Positions 13,427 to 27,580 of a stretch of DNA of 64,000 nt are shown piece by piece. The position numbers and the translations under genes are program-made. A model generated the notes under the pieces. The model worked only from the letters and a program-made list of their open reading frames with translations. It ran no database searches and was not told the origin of the DNA. Within the stretch, counting starts at the first letter, position 1; every line of letters starts with the position of its first letter. Origin of the DNA: Octopus sinensis (Eukaryota). The DNA lies in the NCBI RefSeq assembly GCF_006345805.1, contig NC_043007.1:40424001-40488000 (forward strand). The letters are read 5' to 3'.

Positions 13427-14230
13427 ATGGCTGTACTGAGAATAGGATGTGTAAATGTGTGTGGCCTAGGATCAACTTGGAAGCAAGGTCACTTGCTCAA
13501 TGATCTCAGGTCACTTGATTTGGACGTGGCTGCCATTAGTGAAACAAGAAACTCCGGTAAACACGCCCCAGTATTCAATTTCGAGGACTACGAAGTATTC
13601 TCATATTGTGGTCTATCGGGAGCGGGTGGCAGTATAGCAGTGCTGCTTTAGACCTCCAAGTACGGGCTATCTTCCTGGACCCGGATGGTAGGATGGTGAT
13701 CCTGGACGTGAACAGCAGCGAAGGCGGGACCTTTAGACTTGTGGCGGTTTATGCTCCAACAGGGTCTGGAAGGCCAGATTTCTTCAGACGTCTAGAAACA
13801 TTCTTGGCAACGTCTCCCACTTTAGTGCCTCTGGGCGACTGGAATAGTCGCCATACGGAAGGTCTGTTTGGGTTAAGTACATAGTAGACGGGGGTGTAAA
13901 AGCCTCGAAACCTGCTCAGGACTTTCCAGCTTTCTGACAGGTACCGACTGGATTTGCCTGATGTGCCAGTTAAGCGGCAATTGACGGAGGCTATCGTCAA
14001 CAACCGGTGGTGGATTGCTCCGAAGAGAGCGATTAAAGTAGAATCGATCGTGTTTAGCAAAGATTTAGCAACAGAAAGAAATAGATTAGAGGGAGAACTA
14101 GTTAGCAAACTAGAAGAGGCTATTAGTAACGGCATCGCGACCGACTTGTTAGCGCCGACAATGGCCATTGACTATTTCTGTGAGGTGAAACACGAAGTGT
14201 GCGTTGTCAGAGCTAAGGCCTGTGCGCTAA
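13427..14230 (+). mobile_element. Tx1/L1-clade LINE ORF2 N-terminus (APE endonuclease), frameshifted and internally deleted
   Basis: MAVLRIGCVNVCGL...DVAAISETR and FRLVAVYAP...LGDWNS motifs in consecutive frames. Confidence 0.85.
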
Positions 14231-16061
14231 AACACACACACACACATGTATAATTATATATATGTGTGTATGTCTACGACGGACTACTTTCAGTTTCCAT
14301 CGACCAAATCCACTCATACGGCTTTGGTCGGCCCGGGGCTGTAGTAGAAGACACTTGCCTAAGGTGCAAAGCAGTGGAATTGAACCCAGTACCATATGGC
14401 TGGAAAGCAAACTACTTACTACTCAGCCTCGCCTGTGAATACAAATTTGCGGAAAACAAAATATTAGTTATAATGGATACAGGTTCGTGTGTCACATAGC
14501 TAGCTAGAGGTGATGACCTCTTGGAGCTAATCAACGGCAGCAATCGTCTTATATTTCTGGACTGCCATATTAGCTTGGCGATTACTGTTAATAAAATATT
14601 TATTATCTTGAAATAAACTAAAATTAAAATTCTTTTTTTATAACTCCTCTGATAACCACTCTTTCATATACTCTCTGTCCTCCTTCTCCTCCTCCCCTGC
14701 TCCTGTCTCTATATTTCTTTCTCTCTTGGTATGCATAGCATTCCTTTACTTGCTGCCTGGCGCAAAGCCTTGTATGTACTTATCCTGCTCCCCTTATTTT
14801 CACTCTTTCTATACCTCTCTTTTACTTACTCTCTGCTTCTCTGAAATCCTCAACAAACATAACTAGAGAAATCAACCTGTTAACTAACCAACCAATCTGA
14901 CAGCCAACGGTTGACTCTTCGAATTCCAAGGAGCGAGTGGTTACCAGCTTCTGCAAAACCTAATAAATGACACCAGTGTTGAAGAGCTGGTCTTGTAAAC
15001 CAAAATTAAATATCTTATTTTTATAACTTTATTCTTAAAGGTTACAATTAAATCGAACACTTACAAAAGGTTTTCAAAATCCATATTTATCCAATATAAC
15101 CTAATAATCTAATATATATATATTCATACCATATCTAAAATAGGTCGAACTAAAAAACAAGCAAAATATATAACTCTAAAAATTCGACCAAGTATTTCAT
15201 ATGGATACACTACATGACAACTCAAGTTAAAATAAAAAATACACCAACTAAAAATCAAAAACAAAATTGTCCTAGAAAATTATAACTTAACCCTATACAC
15301 CCTCTAATATGTAAAAGAGGACAAACAAAAAACACAACAATAGATATACCCGAACTAACTACACCCCCTAACTTATTAGGAATTGAACGTAAAATAGCAT
15401 AAGCAAACAAAAAAACATCACTCAGGTTTAATATTTAATTCTTTATTGCCCACAAGGGGCTAAACATAGAGGGGACAAACAAGGACGACAAATAGATTAA
15501 ATCGATTACATCGGCCCCAGTGCGTAACTGGTACTTATTTAATCGACCCCGAAAGGATGAAAGGCAAAGTCGACCTCGGTGGAATTTGAACTCAGAACGC
15601 TGCGGCGCCCCAAGAATTTATTTTAAAAATATGAGAGAAAGAAAATGGAATTCACGAGACTCTTTATCCATTACAATCGTTTCGACCCGTCATGTACCGG
15701 TACCTTGCAGGTGAGATACAGTACAAACAGTCGTGGTGTATCCCATGTGCTGATGGATCCTCTCAGGTGACTTTTCAAAAGGTACCTCGTTTATTATTTG
15801 CCGTCTTGCTTATTTCGATAACAATACATTTTGGTAATTGCAGTGTACTACGCGTCTCTTCGACGAAATAAGACATGATGAAGAATTCTTCTCATATAAG
15901 CAATAAAATAGCGTATACAAGGTATAGAAAATATAAATAAAATGAATGGACCAAACAACATGTGATGTATGTATGTATGTATGTATGTATGTATGTATGT
16001 ATGTATGTATGTATGTATGTATGTATGTATGTATGTATGTATACATGTATGTATATATGTA

Positions 16062-16165
16062 TGTCATTATTCAGTTTTATTTCAAGATTTCTTACAAATA
16101 GAGAAAGAGCCGGTTTCTAACCTAGATCCAAGGCTCTATTGGAATTTCAATATCAACATCAAGGT
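16062..16165. mobile_element. ~100-bp repeat embedded in (TATG)n, copy 1
   Basis: Reverse-complement homolog at 51378-51472; both copies are flanked by (TATG)n/(CATA)n. Confidence 0.7.
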
Positions 16166-16764
16166 ATGTATGTATGTATGTATGTTAGTATGTATGCATG
16201 CATGCATACATGTATGTATGTATGTATGTATGTATGTATGTATGTATGTATGTATGTATGTATGTATGTATGTATGTATGTATGTATGTATACGTGCATA
16301 TTTGTATGTTTTGTTTTATGCACAAAGAGACCGATAGAATAAGTACTAGGCTTGCAAAGAATAAGTCCTGGGGTCGATTTGTCCAACAAAAGGCGGTGCC
16401 CCAGCATAGCCCTTTATCTGGACAGCAACTACAGTCTGGTATTTTGCAAGCAACAATGAAAAACGTATCACTTTCATTCACGTATATTTCAGCAAGTTAT
16501 TACTTGGTTTCTGTTTTATTGCATCGTAAACACCAATGTCAAAAACCGAACCAAATTTTGAGGTGACCTTCTCAATTTCATAAAAATATATTGCATACTT
16601 TGGTTACTAAGTGTTGTTCGTCCATTTTTATTTATCTACAACAAATGCATGTGCACTAACATATACGCATACATACATACGTACATACATGCATATATAC
16701 TTACATACATACATGCATACATACTTACATAAGAACATAAAACACTAATATTTCTTTCTTTCTC

Positions 16765-17132
16765 TTATTTGTTTCAGTCATTTGACTGCGGCCATGCTGG
16801 GCCACCACCTTTAGTCGAACAAATCGACCCCTGTCAGGACTTCGTAAGCCTAATACTTATTCAATCGGTCTCTTTTACCGAACTGTTAAGTTACGGGGAC
16901 GTAAGCACACCAGCATCGGCTATCAAGCGATGGTGGGGGGATTAACACAGATGCACAAACACACACACACATATATACGACAGTCTCCTTTCAGTTTCGT
17001 TCTACCAAATTCACTCACAAGGCTTTGGCCGGCCCAAGGTGCCACGCAGTGGGACTGAACCCGAACCATGTCGTTTGTAAGCAAGCTACTTACCACACAG
17101 CCACTTCTGCGTTTGTGTCTCTCTCTCTGTCG

Positions 17133-17215
<83 letters not shown>

Positions 17216-17580
17216 CATGCATATATATATATTCTTTTTTCTTTTTATTCTTTTTACTTGTTTGTGTCATTATCACCGCCTTTTGTTGAAACAATCGACT
17301 CCAGGACTTATTCTTTGCAAGTCTATTACTTATTCTATCGAGCTATTTTGCCGAACCGCTTAGTCACGGGGACGTAAACACACCAACATCGATTGTCAAG
17401 CAAAGGTGTGAGGACAAACACAAAAACACAAACCTACAGTCACACAGACACAGACACATACGACGGGCTTCAGGCGTTGGTTGGCATGAGGCTTTAGTAG
17501 AAGACACTTGGCCAAGGTGTCATGCAGTGGGACTAAACCCGGAGGTATGTGGTTAGGAAGCAAGCTTCTTACCACAGCCA
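16765..17580 (-). mobile_element. two adjacent S1 SINE copies (16765-17103 and 17245-17580)
   Basis: Homology to 60731-61105 in reverse orientation. Confidence 0.8.
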
Positions 17581-17585
17581 CGCCT

Positions 17586-17617
<32 letters not shown>

Positions 17618-17635
17618 TGTATGTATGTATGTATG

Positions 17636-17730
<95 letters not shown>

Positions 17731-17759
17731 TGCATATAATAAGAGAAATAACCTCTATA

Positions 17760-18870
17760 AGTAATTCAATAGTGAAACATTATCCACACCATATAGAAAA
17801 AATTTAAATATATCATAATAAATATTATTTTAAAAATCTCATTTAAATTCGATTTAAAATTCAATTCGATTTAACAATATGTAGCCACTCTTCAGGTCTA
17901 AAATAATAATAGAATAAATGTATGTATCTAAACATATAATAAATTATCAAATAAATATAGAAATATACGAATCTAAACACTAAATAATCGAAGAAAATAT
18001 GATAATATTAATGAAAAATAAAATCATAACTAATCTTATTGAAGAATTCCAGTTAACTGAAATTATAATTTTTAATAATAAGTATTAAGATAATACAAAA
18101 AATAAATATAATAATAGTCTAAAAGATAAGAATAAATTAAATTTTTGTCATAATAATAAATATAATATAATAAATAAAAATAATGTTGATAATAAGAAAA
18201 TTTGGTTAATTATTCCATATGGGGTTCAAGTTAAAACGAACATTATTAAAGAGATATTAAAATTAATTGAAGTATTCATTATAGATAATAAAATATATAA
18301 CATTTTTTCTAGTAATAATTTTGGAGTTGGTTATTCTACTACTAATAATGTTGGTAACATTATTTCTTCTTTTAATAGATTTAAGCTTAATAAGTTTTAC
18401 AGTAGCAAATTAAATAATTATTCCAATAATAATAAAGACCAGAATGTAGTTAATTGTACATGTAGATATAATACAAAATGTAAATTTAAAAATAAATGTG
18501 ATTTGGATGATGTGGTATATAAATGTGTAGTGATTTTGATTGATGATAATATTAATACGAATAGTTATAATTTAAATGCGATTATCGTGGGGTCGACTTC
18601 TAATTAAATTAAATTAATGGTGGCTCATCACATGCATTCATTTAAGAATACAACATAGATTAATTCTATTGGCCTTAGCAAATATATATCAGAATTGAAA
18701 TCTAAAGGGATTAAGTATAATTTAAATTGGGAGATAGTTTGTAAAGCTAAATCTTATTGAATAGGTAATGATTTTTGTTTACTATTATGAAGATAATATT
18801 ATCCAATAATAAAAAAATAATTAATTGCCAAGATGAATGTTAAATTACTTATCTAATAAGTTTAGCTAAT
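17760..18870 (+). mobile_element. very AT-rich degenerate Penelope-like ORF C-terminus (linker, Cys-rich region and GIY-YIG)
   Basis: The frame 18194-18607 reads KIWLIIPYGVQVKTNII...GYS...NCTCRYNTKCKFKNKCDLDDVVYKCVV...IVGSTSN*, continuing in frame past stops to LSKYISELK...NWEIVCKAKSY. Confidence 0.7.
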
Positions 18871-18879
18871 TCGTGTATA

Positions 18880-19950
18880 TATTTAACCCTGATTTATACC
18901 ACCTCAAGTACACCTTATCACCAATTTTGAAAAATTTTGGATTGTCTTTCCTAGTACTTTTTCTTTCCTCACCAGTTAACAGTGTGTCAAAAACTGAGTT
19001 CACTTCCTCGCGAACATCAGCTCTGCTGCTGAGCTTTCCGTTGGTGTATCAGGGTTCGGTGTCACCCTGTATACCCGTAGGAATTGCTGCAGAGCGACCT
19101 CGTCTGTGACTTCTTTGTTTGCTTTTCTCAAAGCTCTTTTAAAAGTGTCCACAAACCTCTCTGCCTGTCCATTTGATCTGGGATGGTAAGGCATTATCAT
19201 TTTATGCTCTACCATGAACATTTCGCAGAATTTTCTAAATTCACTGGACACAGATTGTGTTTCATTATCAGATAAATCACGTCTGGGATTCCAAATCTTG
19301 TGAATAATTCGTGCAAAAAATTTATTACCGTTTCGGAAGTTGGATTTTTTCACTTAGCAATTTCCGGCCATTTTGTAAAACTGTTTACTACTAAATAGTA
19401 ATAACCATTAAACGAAACCGCAAAATCAATATGTAGTCTTGACCATGGACTTTTTACTTCTGACCAAGGCTCCCATTTTTAAGTAGGCATTTCGCTGCCA
19501 AAGTAATCTTCTATAGCCGTTTACTACATTTTCCACTTCTTTGTCCATCTTCGGCCAATACACATAATTGTGCATATGGAATTCTTTCAACATTTTTTGT
19601 AAAGTCTCAGGTATATCTACCCTTTGGCCATACATCAGTACGCCGTCGTATGTTGAATCTATATTTACTTGTTGCTGTTTTTTCTTATCGAACCTATTTT
19701 TGTTTTCTTGAGCTGGCCACTGAGTTTTTTCTTGTTTCATTAATGAACTTCTCTTTTGACGCGTGTCGCTTTATTTTCTCCAGAGTTATTGGTAACTCTC
19801 ATACAATGTTCCACATTATGTGTTGAAATTCCTCTTCGACTCTTAGGGCTGCTATTACTGTGTCTTCGAATGTATCGCCATTTCTGGGTATTAACCTGGA
19901 TAGGTCGTTAGCATGTCCTGGCTTTTTCGAAGGTAAGTATTCCATTGCGT
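18880..19950 (-). mobile_element. Gypsy-type LTR retrotransposon pol remnant (RNase H end and integrase)
   Basis: PYHPRSNGQAERFVDTFKRAL (integrase core), YWPKMDKEVENVV (HHCC region remnant), GHANDLSRLIP. Confidence 0.85.
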
Positions 19951-20010
19951 GGTAGTTGTATAGTAGTATGGTACCCCATCACTGCAACCTGTTTGCTGTA
20001 CTAATTATTA

Positions 20011-20078
<68 letters not shown>

Positions 20079-20847
20079 TTCGGAATATCATTTAAACTGT
20101 TGGAAACAATAGTAATTCGTAAAGCAATTACAGACATACAGAAATAATAAAAAAATTATCAAGAAGTCCAATAAATATTAAAAAGGAACGAAAAAACCAT
20201 TAAATAACTTTCCTGAAGTACCATATTGCTTCCACATGAAAGACAGTTGTACAACAACCCAAACGGCTAATTTGATTTTAGCATGTTACTAGTATAGCTG
20301 TTTTAAACTTTATTGCTAAATGATAGATACATGCAATTTCAAAAAACTGATTCGGATGTTTTTAATATCCAAATTCTTAAGCAGTTGAGTTAAAAAGAAA
20401 AGAAGCAACATCGATGTACCAGTGCTTTCCTCTCTTTCTCATTTTTTTTTCACAATCTACCTACCTACCTGCCTACTTGCCTGCCTGCCTGCCTGCCAGC
20501 CTGTCTGTCTGTGTCTCTCTCCCTCTCTCTTCCTTTACCCCCACTATCTCTCTCTCCCCGCTCTCTCCCCTCCCCCTCTCTTTCTCATTCCCAATTATTT
20601 TCGTCACTTCAGCAGTTTCACAATTATCAACGCCGTTTTGAAAGTGAAGTGTGAATATATAAATGTATCCCAGGAATTCGTTATATAACAATATAATCAT
20701 ATTACTGAATATTAGCGAATAAGATAATAATAGATCGCAGCTTGCAGGAGATGATACTGAACCTTTAAATATTAACGACTGAATAAGATTCTGAAAAACT
20801 TTACAGAGATCAGAAAAGCAAACGTACAAAAATACAAAGAAAAAAAA

Positions 20848-20986
20848 ATGATGGCTTCCGAAGTAAATGTTGATGAAATTATGGACAATCTTGGAGATGG
20901 TAAATTCTTCCATACCACCCAGTATATTATATTCAGCACTTCTTTGCTGATATCTGCTTATAACACTTATTTCTACGTGTTTACAA
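20848..20986 (+). CDS. SLC22: SLC22-family organic cation/anion transporter-like MFS protein, coding exon 1
   Basis: ATG at 20848; MMASEVNVDEIMDNLGDGKFFHTTQYIIF... (SLC22-type start: I/L-xx-L-G-x-G-x-F then TM1); donor A|GTAAGT, phase 1. The symbol is family-level only. Confidence 0.85.
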
Positions 20987-20995
20987 GTAAGTATC

Positions 20996-21081
<86 letters not shown>

Positions 21082-21230
21082 GGAGGTATCTCTCTATTCT
21101 TACGTACACATACACAAGCAGATAAATACACACAAATACACGCACATACGCACACACACATACACACAGACACATACACCCACACACATATGGATGCACA
21201 CATACGTGCGCGCATGTACATACACACATA

Positions 21231-22838
21231 CACTGGCGAAAATAAATTTAAGACCGATGATAAAAGTTCTATTTCTTACAAAATATTTTGTTATTAACAC
21301 CATACAAAATATTTTTATCTTTTACACCTTATGTAGAATTTATTTCTCTTTCGAACGATGCAGATCAATAATTATTTTTATACAACTTGAAGAATTCTAA
21401 TGCTAAATTAATATAAACGTTTCAAATTTACCGGCAAAATTAGTTTAAGATCGTATCGTTATAATTTTATTTAAAGCTTAAGATTGCAGCAAAAATGAGC
21501 AACAAGAATGAAATACATATTAGTACTTTGTGCCGTAGCCTTTATTCTGCTGAACAACGCCTCGGCATTGAATTCGCTAAGTGATTACAAAATCCTATGG
21601 GAATGTTTTGCCATATTTTATTGATATAATCGAATAATTGTTTTACATTAGATGTTTTTTTTAGCATGGACTCTTTTGGAAACATAATTCCACAAGTTCT
21701 CGATCGGATTCAGGTCCGGGCTCTGGGGAAGCCATTCGATTACGTCAATATTATGGTGATCAAAAAATTCCATAACCCTTTTGGCTTTGTGCACAGGACT
21801 ATTGTACTGCTGATAAATAGCCCCCGGCGGCATTTGGTGAGTCAAATATGGCACAACATTATCCTTTAGTAGATTCATATAACCTACACTATTTAGCTTT
21901 CCACCAACTTTAACTAGAGGGCCAACACCAAAGCTACTAAATGCCGCCCACACCATCACACCTCTACCCCCGCTTGCGACGTCTTTTTCACGCAGTTCGG
22001 ATGGAATTCCTCGGCTGGGAGACGTCTGACATATGTTTTACCATCTGATCCAAATATACAGAAGCGTGACTCGTCACTGCAAAGGACCCTGCACCAATCT
22101 TCGTCAGTCCATTGAGCATAGCTTTTTGCGAAATTAAGGCGTTTGAGTCGATTTCTTTCGGATTTTATTGGCTTTTTCCTAGCGATTCGTCCACGTAGTC
22201 CAAATTGTGGTGAAAAAATAACACCATTCTTGTTTGACAATTATTTACAAATGTCAACGGCTGTCAGAATTTGGTTGTCTTTCAAAAGTCGGTGGATTTG
22301 ACGGTCCAACTGCACCTTCGTTTTGCTTGGGGCCCCAGTCCTTTGCCAATCTTTATATTGACCAGTCTCCGAGTATAACTTCCACGCTTGCACGCAAACC
22401 GTTTTACTGCACTTTAGTTGCTTGCTGATGTTCGAAAAAGAAACTTTTTGCTGGTGGAGTAATACGATTTTCGCTCTCGTCACAGGGCTGAGGTTACGTT
22501 GTTTTCCCGTTATTAATCAATTGTATAATAACGTTAAATTATAACTCTATATAGTGCATTTAGGTTAGTTGTGTGACCACCCATTTCGGCAAAAAAAAAT
22601 TGGCATACATATTACATTGTCTTAAACTAATTTTGTCGGTAAATTTGAAACGTTTATATTAACTTAGCATTAGAATTCTTCAAGTCGTATAAAAATGGTT
22701 ATTGTCTGCATCATTCAAAAGAGAAATAAATTCTGCATAAGGTGTAAACGATGAAAATAATTTGTATGGTGTTAGTAGCAAAATATTTTGTAAGAGATAG
22801 AACTTTTATCATCGGTCTTAAATTTATTTTCGCCAGTG
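21231..22838 (-). mobile_element. Tc1-like transposon with ~220-bp TIRs (inactive), in SLC22 intron 1
   Basis: TA|CACTGGCG...CGCCAGTG|TA; arms ~21231-21451 and ~22619-22838; fragments LCSDESRF, MMVWAAFS and WLPQSPDLNPIENLW lie in different frames. Confidence 0.9.
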
Positions 22839-24036
22839 TATATATACTCTACTTATGTATTTTTATATTTTCTATGGTGATCTTTACTATGGGTTTAAAT
22901 TCTCTCTCGAAATAAACATGCATTTCATTTTAAAATGATGCACAAAGGCTCAGTTCTGAGTGCACTGCATTTTATAGCAGAAATGACCGCAAGCTGCTGG
23001 TGTTCATTATGTAATTCCTTATTCCATAGTATCGCTATGCCTAAGCGAAATCTTAACACACATACACACATAACGGTAGCTTGCTCTTTCTATCGGTTTC
23101 TTGCTGCTGATCCCACCAAAAGTGAACAATATTATCGCTAAAGGTGTGAATTTTGGACAATAACTAACGAGGATTAGGCAACGCCGTCTCGTGTGTGAAT
23201 TTTCCGTCTGTTCCTTTGTTGACTATATATATATATATGAGTGTGTGCTTCAGAAAGATTTTGTTTTAATTAAAAATTATTAATTATATAGTAAACGATT
23301 TAGTGTTAAAGAATGTAGATTGACACACACCTTATGGCTAGAGAATCTGTACTAATCATTTATTTTAAAAGCGCTTCTTATATGATTAATAATTTCAAAT
23401 TTATGAAAATCTGGTTTCAAATATTGCGATTGTATCATGAAATTTTCCTAAAATCTTTTATAACCCTCCCACACGCCTACTGGAGCACACGCATGTATTT
23501 ATGCATATGAATATATGTATACGTGAACGTATGTAACTAAGACAGGGTGATAATATCGACTACCACCTCTCTTAACGTATTTTGCCTAAATCAAAAATAT
23601 TGATAAATTTAGATAAGTGTCCTAATCTTGTTTGTTACAGTCACAAATATTTCGGGCATTGTACTCTTCTACCTTTCTCAGTTTCTCGTCATATTCGGTA
23701 ACGTCCTCGGAGTTTCAGATCGAAGCCTTTACTAAATCAATGAAACTAGATTGTTTTCATTTGTTTGTCCATGTCAGGAATATTTTCATTATTAGTCTAC
23801 TTGAGAAATCACTTAATTCTTATTACTTTCAGAATATGTATAATCTGACTGACAGTTGAACTTACGCCCACTAGCGAAACTATTATATTTTACATTTAAT
23901 CAACAAGATTCTATGGGATTATGAGATAGTAAATGTAAGCTTTGATTGCTAAATGAGCTTTGATCGGTACTATAGTCGCGGACAAACCAAAGCTTTGTGA
24001 GTGGATTTGGAAGACGGAAACTGAATGAAGCACATC

Positions 24037-24096
<60 letters not shown>

Positions 24097-25190
24097 TTCG
24101 AGTAAGTTATATTCTCATTAGGGATTATATAATACAAGGTATTCCACTGGTTTAGTCCGTGTCATGATGCGAAAGTCATTGGTATATGTTCAGGATTATT
24201 GAAATTATAAATTTTGAGGGAAAATAATAATAAAATGATAGAGAATAAATGGATAATTACTCTTTTTATCTGTATGTTACAAAAAGATGACATTTAGAAA
24301 AACAGTACAAATAAATTGATTGGAAGTTGAAAACTTAAGGAAAATAGATTAAAATAAAAAATAAAAAAAGAACCTACATATATGTTTCAGTCCTGTCATC
24401 GTGTTGATGGGAATTTCCAAGCATTTTGCTTAATGCAAGAAAGTTTCCACATCCTAAGTATATTGTCGTAGGACTTTGTCAGGGTTCATATGGGGCTCAG
24501 GCAACTAAGGTAATCATTTTATCTTTTAATGGAAGTGTAGTGTATTAGTGAGTTAAAAGTTAAAAGCTATGTATGGAAATTATATTTGATAGATATATAC
24601 ACGTATATGCGTATATCTATATGTGTGTGTCTTTATGTGTGTATTTGTCCCCCACCACCTCTTGGCAACCACTGTTGATGTGTTTACGTCCCCGTGAATT
24701 AGCGGTTCAGCAAAGAGAGACCGCTAGAATAAGCACCAGGTTTGATTAAATGTCCTTGGTCGATTTGTTCGACTAAAATCCTTCAAGGTATTGCCCCAGC
24801 GTGGCTGCAGGGAAATGACTGAAGCAAGTTTTAAAAAATCATAAAAGAATATAATAGAGATAGATATAAACCAATATTATGCAATTAGTATAACAGAAAA
24901 AATAACTAAAACTAAAATATATCAATTCAGAAATTTATTAGAAATGCACATGCATACACAAACTAAAAAGGTAAGCTAATAACAAAAAGTATTAGTTAGA
25001 CTTAGTTCTGCCATGAGCGCCAGGATTCTATAAGCCGGAACTTAACCCAATATTCTCTGTGTATAAGTGACTGAGACTGAATCCTCCCGTTGAGCAGGAC
25101 ACTGGTTGGACGACTTTAACGAAAAGTATTAAGACATCAAAGCTTTAGATTATGAGCAAACTGCTTTCAATAAATTACCTTTTGATTCAA

Positions 25191-25570
25191 GGTGGCGAGC
25201 TGGCAGAATCGCTAGAACGCCTAGCAAAACGCTTAGCGGTATTTCGTCTGCCGTTACGTTTACAGTTCAAATTTCGCCGAGGTCGACTTTGCCTTTCATC
25301 CTTTCGGGGTCGATAAATTAAGTACCAGTTACGCACTGGGGTCTATATAATCGACTTAATCCGTGTGTCTATCCTTGTTTGTTTCCTCTGTGTGTAGCAC
25401 CTTATGGGTAGTACAGAAATAGGTATTTCGTCCGTCTTTACTTTCTGAGTTCAAATTCCGCCAAGGTCAGCATTGCCTTTCATCCTCTTGGGAACAATAA
25501 AATAGTAACAGTTGAGCAGGGCATTGGGGTCGATTTAATCTACCTATCCCTCCCCCTAAATAGTAGCCTT
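25191..25570 (+). mobile_element. S2 SINE, near full length, followed by a partial second unit
   Basis: A-box TGGCAGAATCG, B-box-like AGTTCAAATT, GTCGACTTTGCCTTTCATCC body. Confidence 0.8.
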
Positions 25571-25937
25571 CTGCTAAAACTTGAAGGCAATAAACCAATT
25601 CTTGACACAATATAATTATCTATAATTATCTAGCACTTGTTTGTGATCACCATATTCTCCGTAATGAGAATCAATTACTTTTTGTTATATGAGTTATTCT
25701 CAACATTATCTCCCTTGCTAGAATCACACACAGCGAAGACTCGAAACCCGCTCGATTCCCTGTGTTAAAAAACAATTATCTTTTGCTCGTATGCTATTTG
25801 AACAAAAACCAAAATAGATATTACGAATGAAACCAGAATAACAATCAAGATATCTAGTGATATCTAACTTGAATGCTGATGACGAATTGTGCTAGCGCTA
25901 GATACATATACGTACATAAAATTGTGTGTGTATATAT

Positions 25938-25973
<36 letters not shown>

Positions 25974-26050
25974 ATGCATATACATGCACAAACACACACA
26001 AAGTAGTTTCCTTGCTTCTTACAAAGAAGTTTCCAATTATATATTTTCAG

Positions 26051-26259
26051 CCCTTTCTCCAGAATACAGATGTCAGAATTTGACAGACATTCAACTTGAT
26101 CAATACAATATATCGAGCAGTGAAGTTGATCTAATATACGATAAATGTTCCATTCAAGTTATGAATACCAATGGAATGTTTCCAGGCCAAAACCGAAGTC
26201 TACCCTGCCTGAATGGTTATCACTATTCAACACCAGTTAGACGATCAATCATATCAGAG
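26051..26259 (+). CDS. SLC22: SLC22-like exon 2 (large extracellular loop)
   Basis: Acceptor TTTTCAG|; LSPEYRCQNLT...DKC...NRSLPCLNGYHY...SIISE with three Cys and NLT/NIS/NRS sequons; phase 1 in, phase 0 out (GAG|GTTTAA, weak donor). Confidence 0.85.
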
Positions 26260-26269
26260 GTTTAATTAA

Positions 26270-26355
<86 letters not shown>

Positions 26356-26893
26356 GAGTGAGAGAGCAGTTCATGCCATCAAAGTGACACTGGGGTAAAA
26401 TATACGAAGCCCAGTATACCCATCATGACTACCCGTCTGATAAGGGTACACCAGGCACATGCATCACAACCATATGTGCGCGACATGGTGATCTCATATC
26501 AAGATAAACAGCACATGACCTTGCAGGTGGGGCCCAGTTAGAATTTTCTTCTGGTCGAGTAGCCCATCCCGCTCAAAAGGTCCCTGAATAAGGGTTGTTT
26601 AAGGATGTTGAAAGAACCACCCATGTTTCAAACCCCAAAGAATCCCTCTCAACACATGGCTATGATGCTCCCCCACTACTTCTGCTCGTGATCAGAGATG
26701 CACATATGGTCAGCCACTAAGGGACATGCTCAACTGGTTAAGGTCAAACAACTGACAAGCAAATCTGTGGTATTGAGCAGAATATTTGCTGTAGCCCATC
26801 TTTTATACCAAGACAAAACAATGTACATGATAACACTTCCAATCAGTTAAGATCAGAAGCCATGAGAGCCACTGCCTGGTACTGCATCAGGGC

Positions 26894-26895
<2 letters not shown>
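26356..26895. mobile_element. (ATT)n-anchored ~550-bp repeat, copy 2
   Basis: Homologous to 3568-4123; (ATT)n on both sides. Confidence 0.85.
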
Positions 26896-26977
<82 letters not shown>

Positions 26978-26992
26978 ACGTTAGTACGCCTG

Positions 26993-27578
26993 ATGAAATG
27001 CTGAGTTCATATTCCGCCGAGGTCGACTTTGCCTTTCATACTTTCGGGGTCGATAAATCAAGTACCAATGAAACACTGGGTTCGATGTAATCGACTAATC
27101 CCCTGCTCCCAAATTTCGGGCCTTATGCCTTTAGTAGAAAGGGTTATTGTTATTATTAAAGCGGAGAGCTGGCAGAATCGTTAGCACATCGGGTAAAATG
27201 CTTAGTGGCATTTCGTCCGTCTTTACGTTTTGAGTTCATATTCTGCCGAGGTTGACTTTGCTTTTCATACTGTCGGGGTCGATAAATTATGTACCTGTTG
27301 ATTACTAGAGTTGATATAATCGACTATCCTCTTCCCCTAAATTTTAGACCTTGTGCCTATAGTAGAAAGGATTGTTATTATTAGAGGTGGCGAACTGACA
27401 AAATCGTTAGCACACCGGACGAAATGCTTAGCGATATTTCGTCTGTCTTTACATTCTGAGTTTAAATTCCACCTTTCTGGGTCAATAAATTAAGTACCAG
27501 TGAAACACTGGGGTCGATGCAATCGACTATCCCCCTCACCAAATTTTAAGCATTGTGGATATAGTAGAAAGGATTATT
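26993..27578 (+). repeat. tandem cluster of about three S2 SINE units
   Basis: Units of roughly 160-220 nt, each ending in AGTAGAAAGG(A/G)TT(A/G)TT. Confidence 0.75.
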
Positions 27579-27580
27579 AT

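Noticed and set aside
17860-17900. Minus-strand CTGAAGA next to the AT-rich Penelope-like fragment
   Set aside because: No matching stem II/GAAA arrangement.
20473-20997. 174-aa minus-strand ORF overlapping SLC22 exon 1
   Set aside because: It is an antisense shadow of exon 1 and its 5' region, with no recognisable motif.
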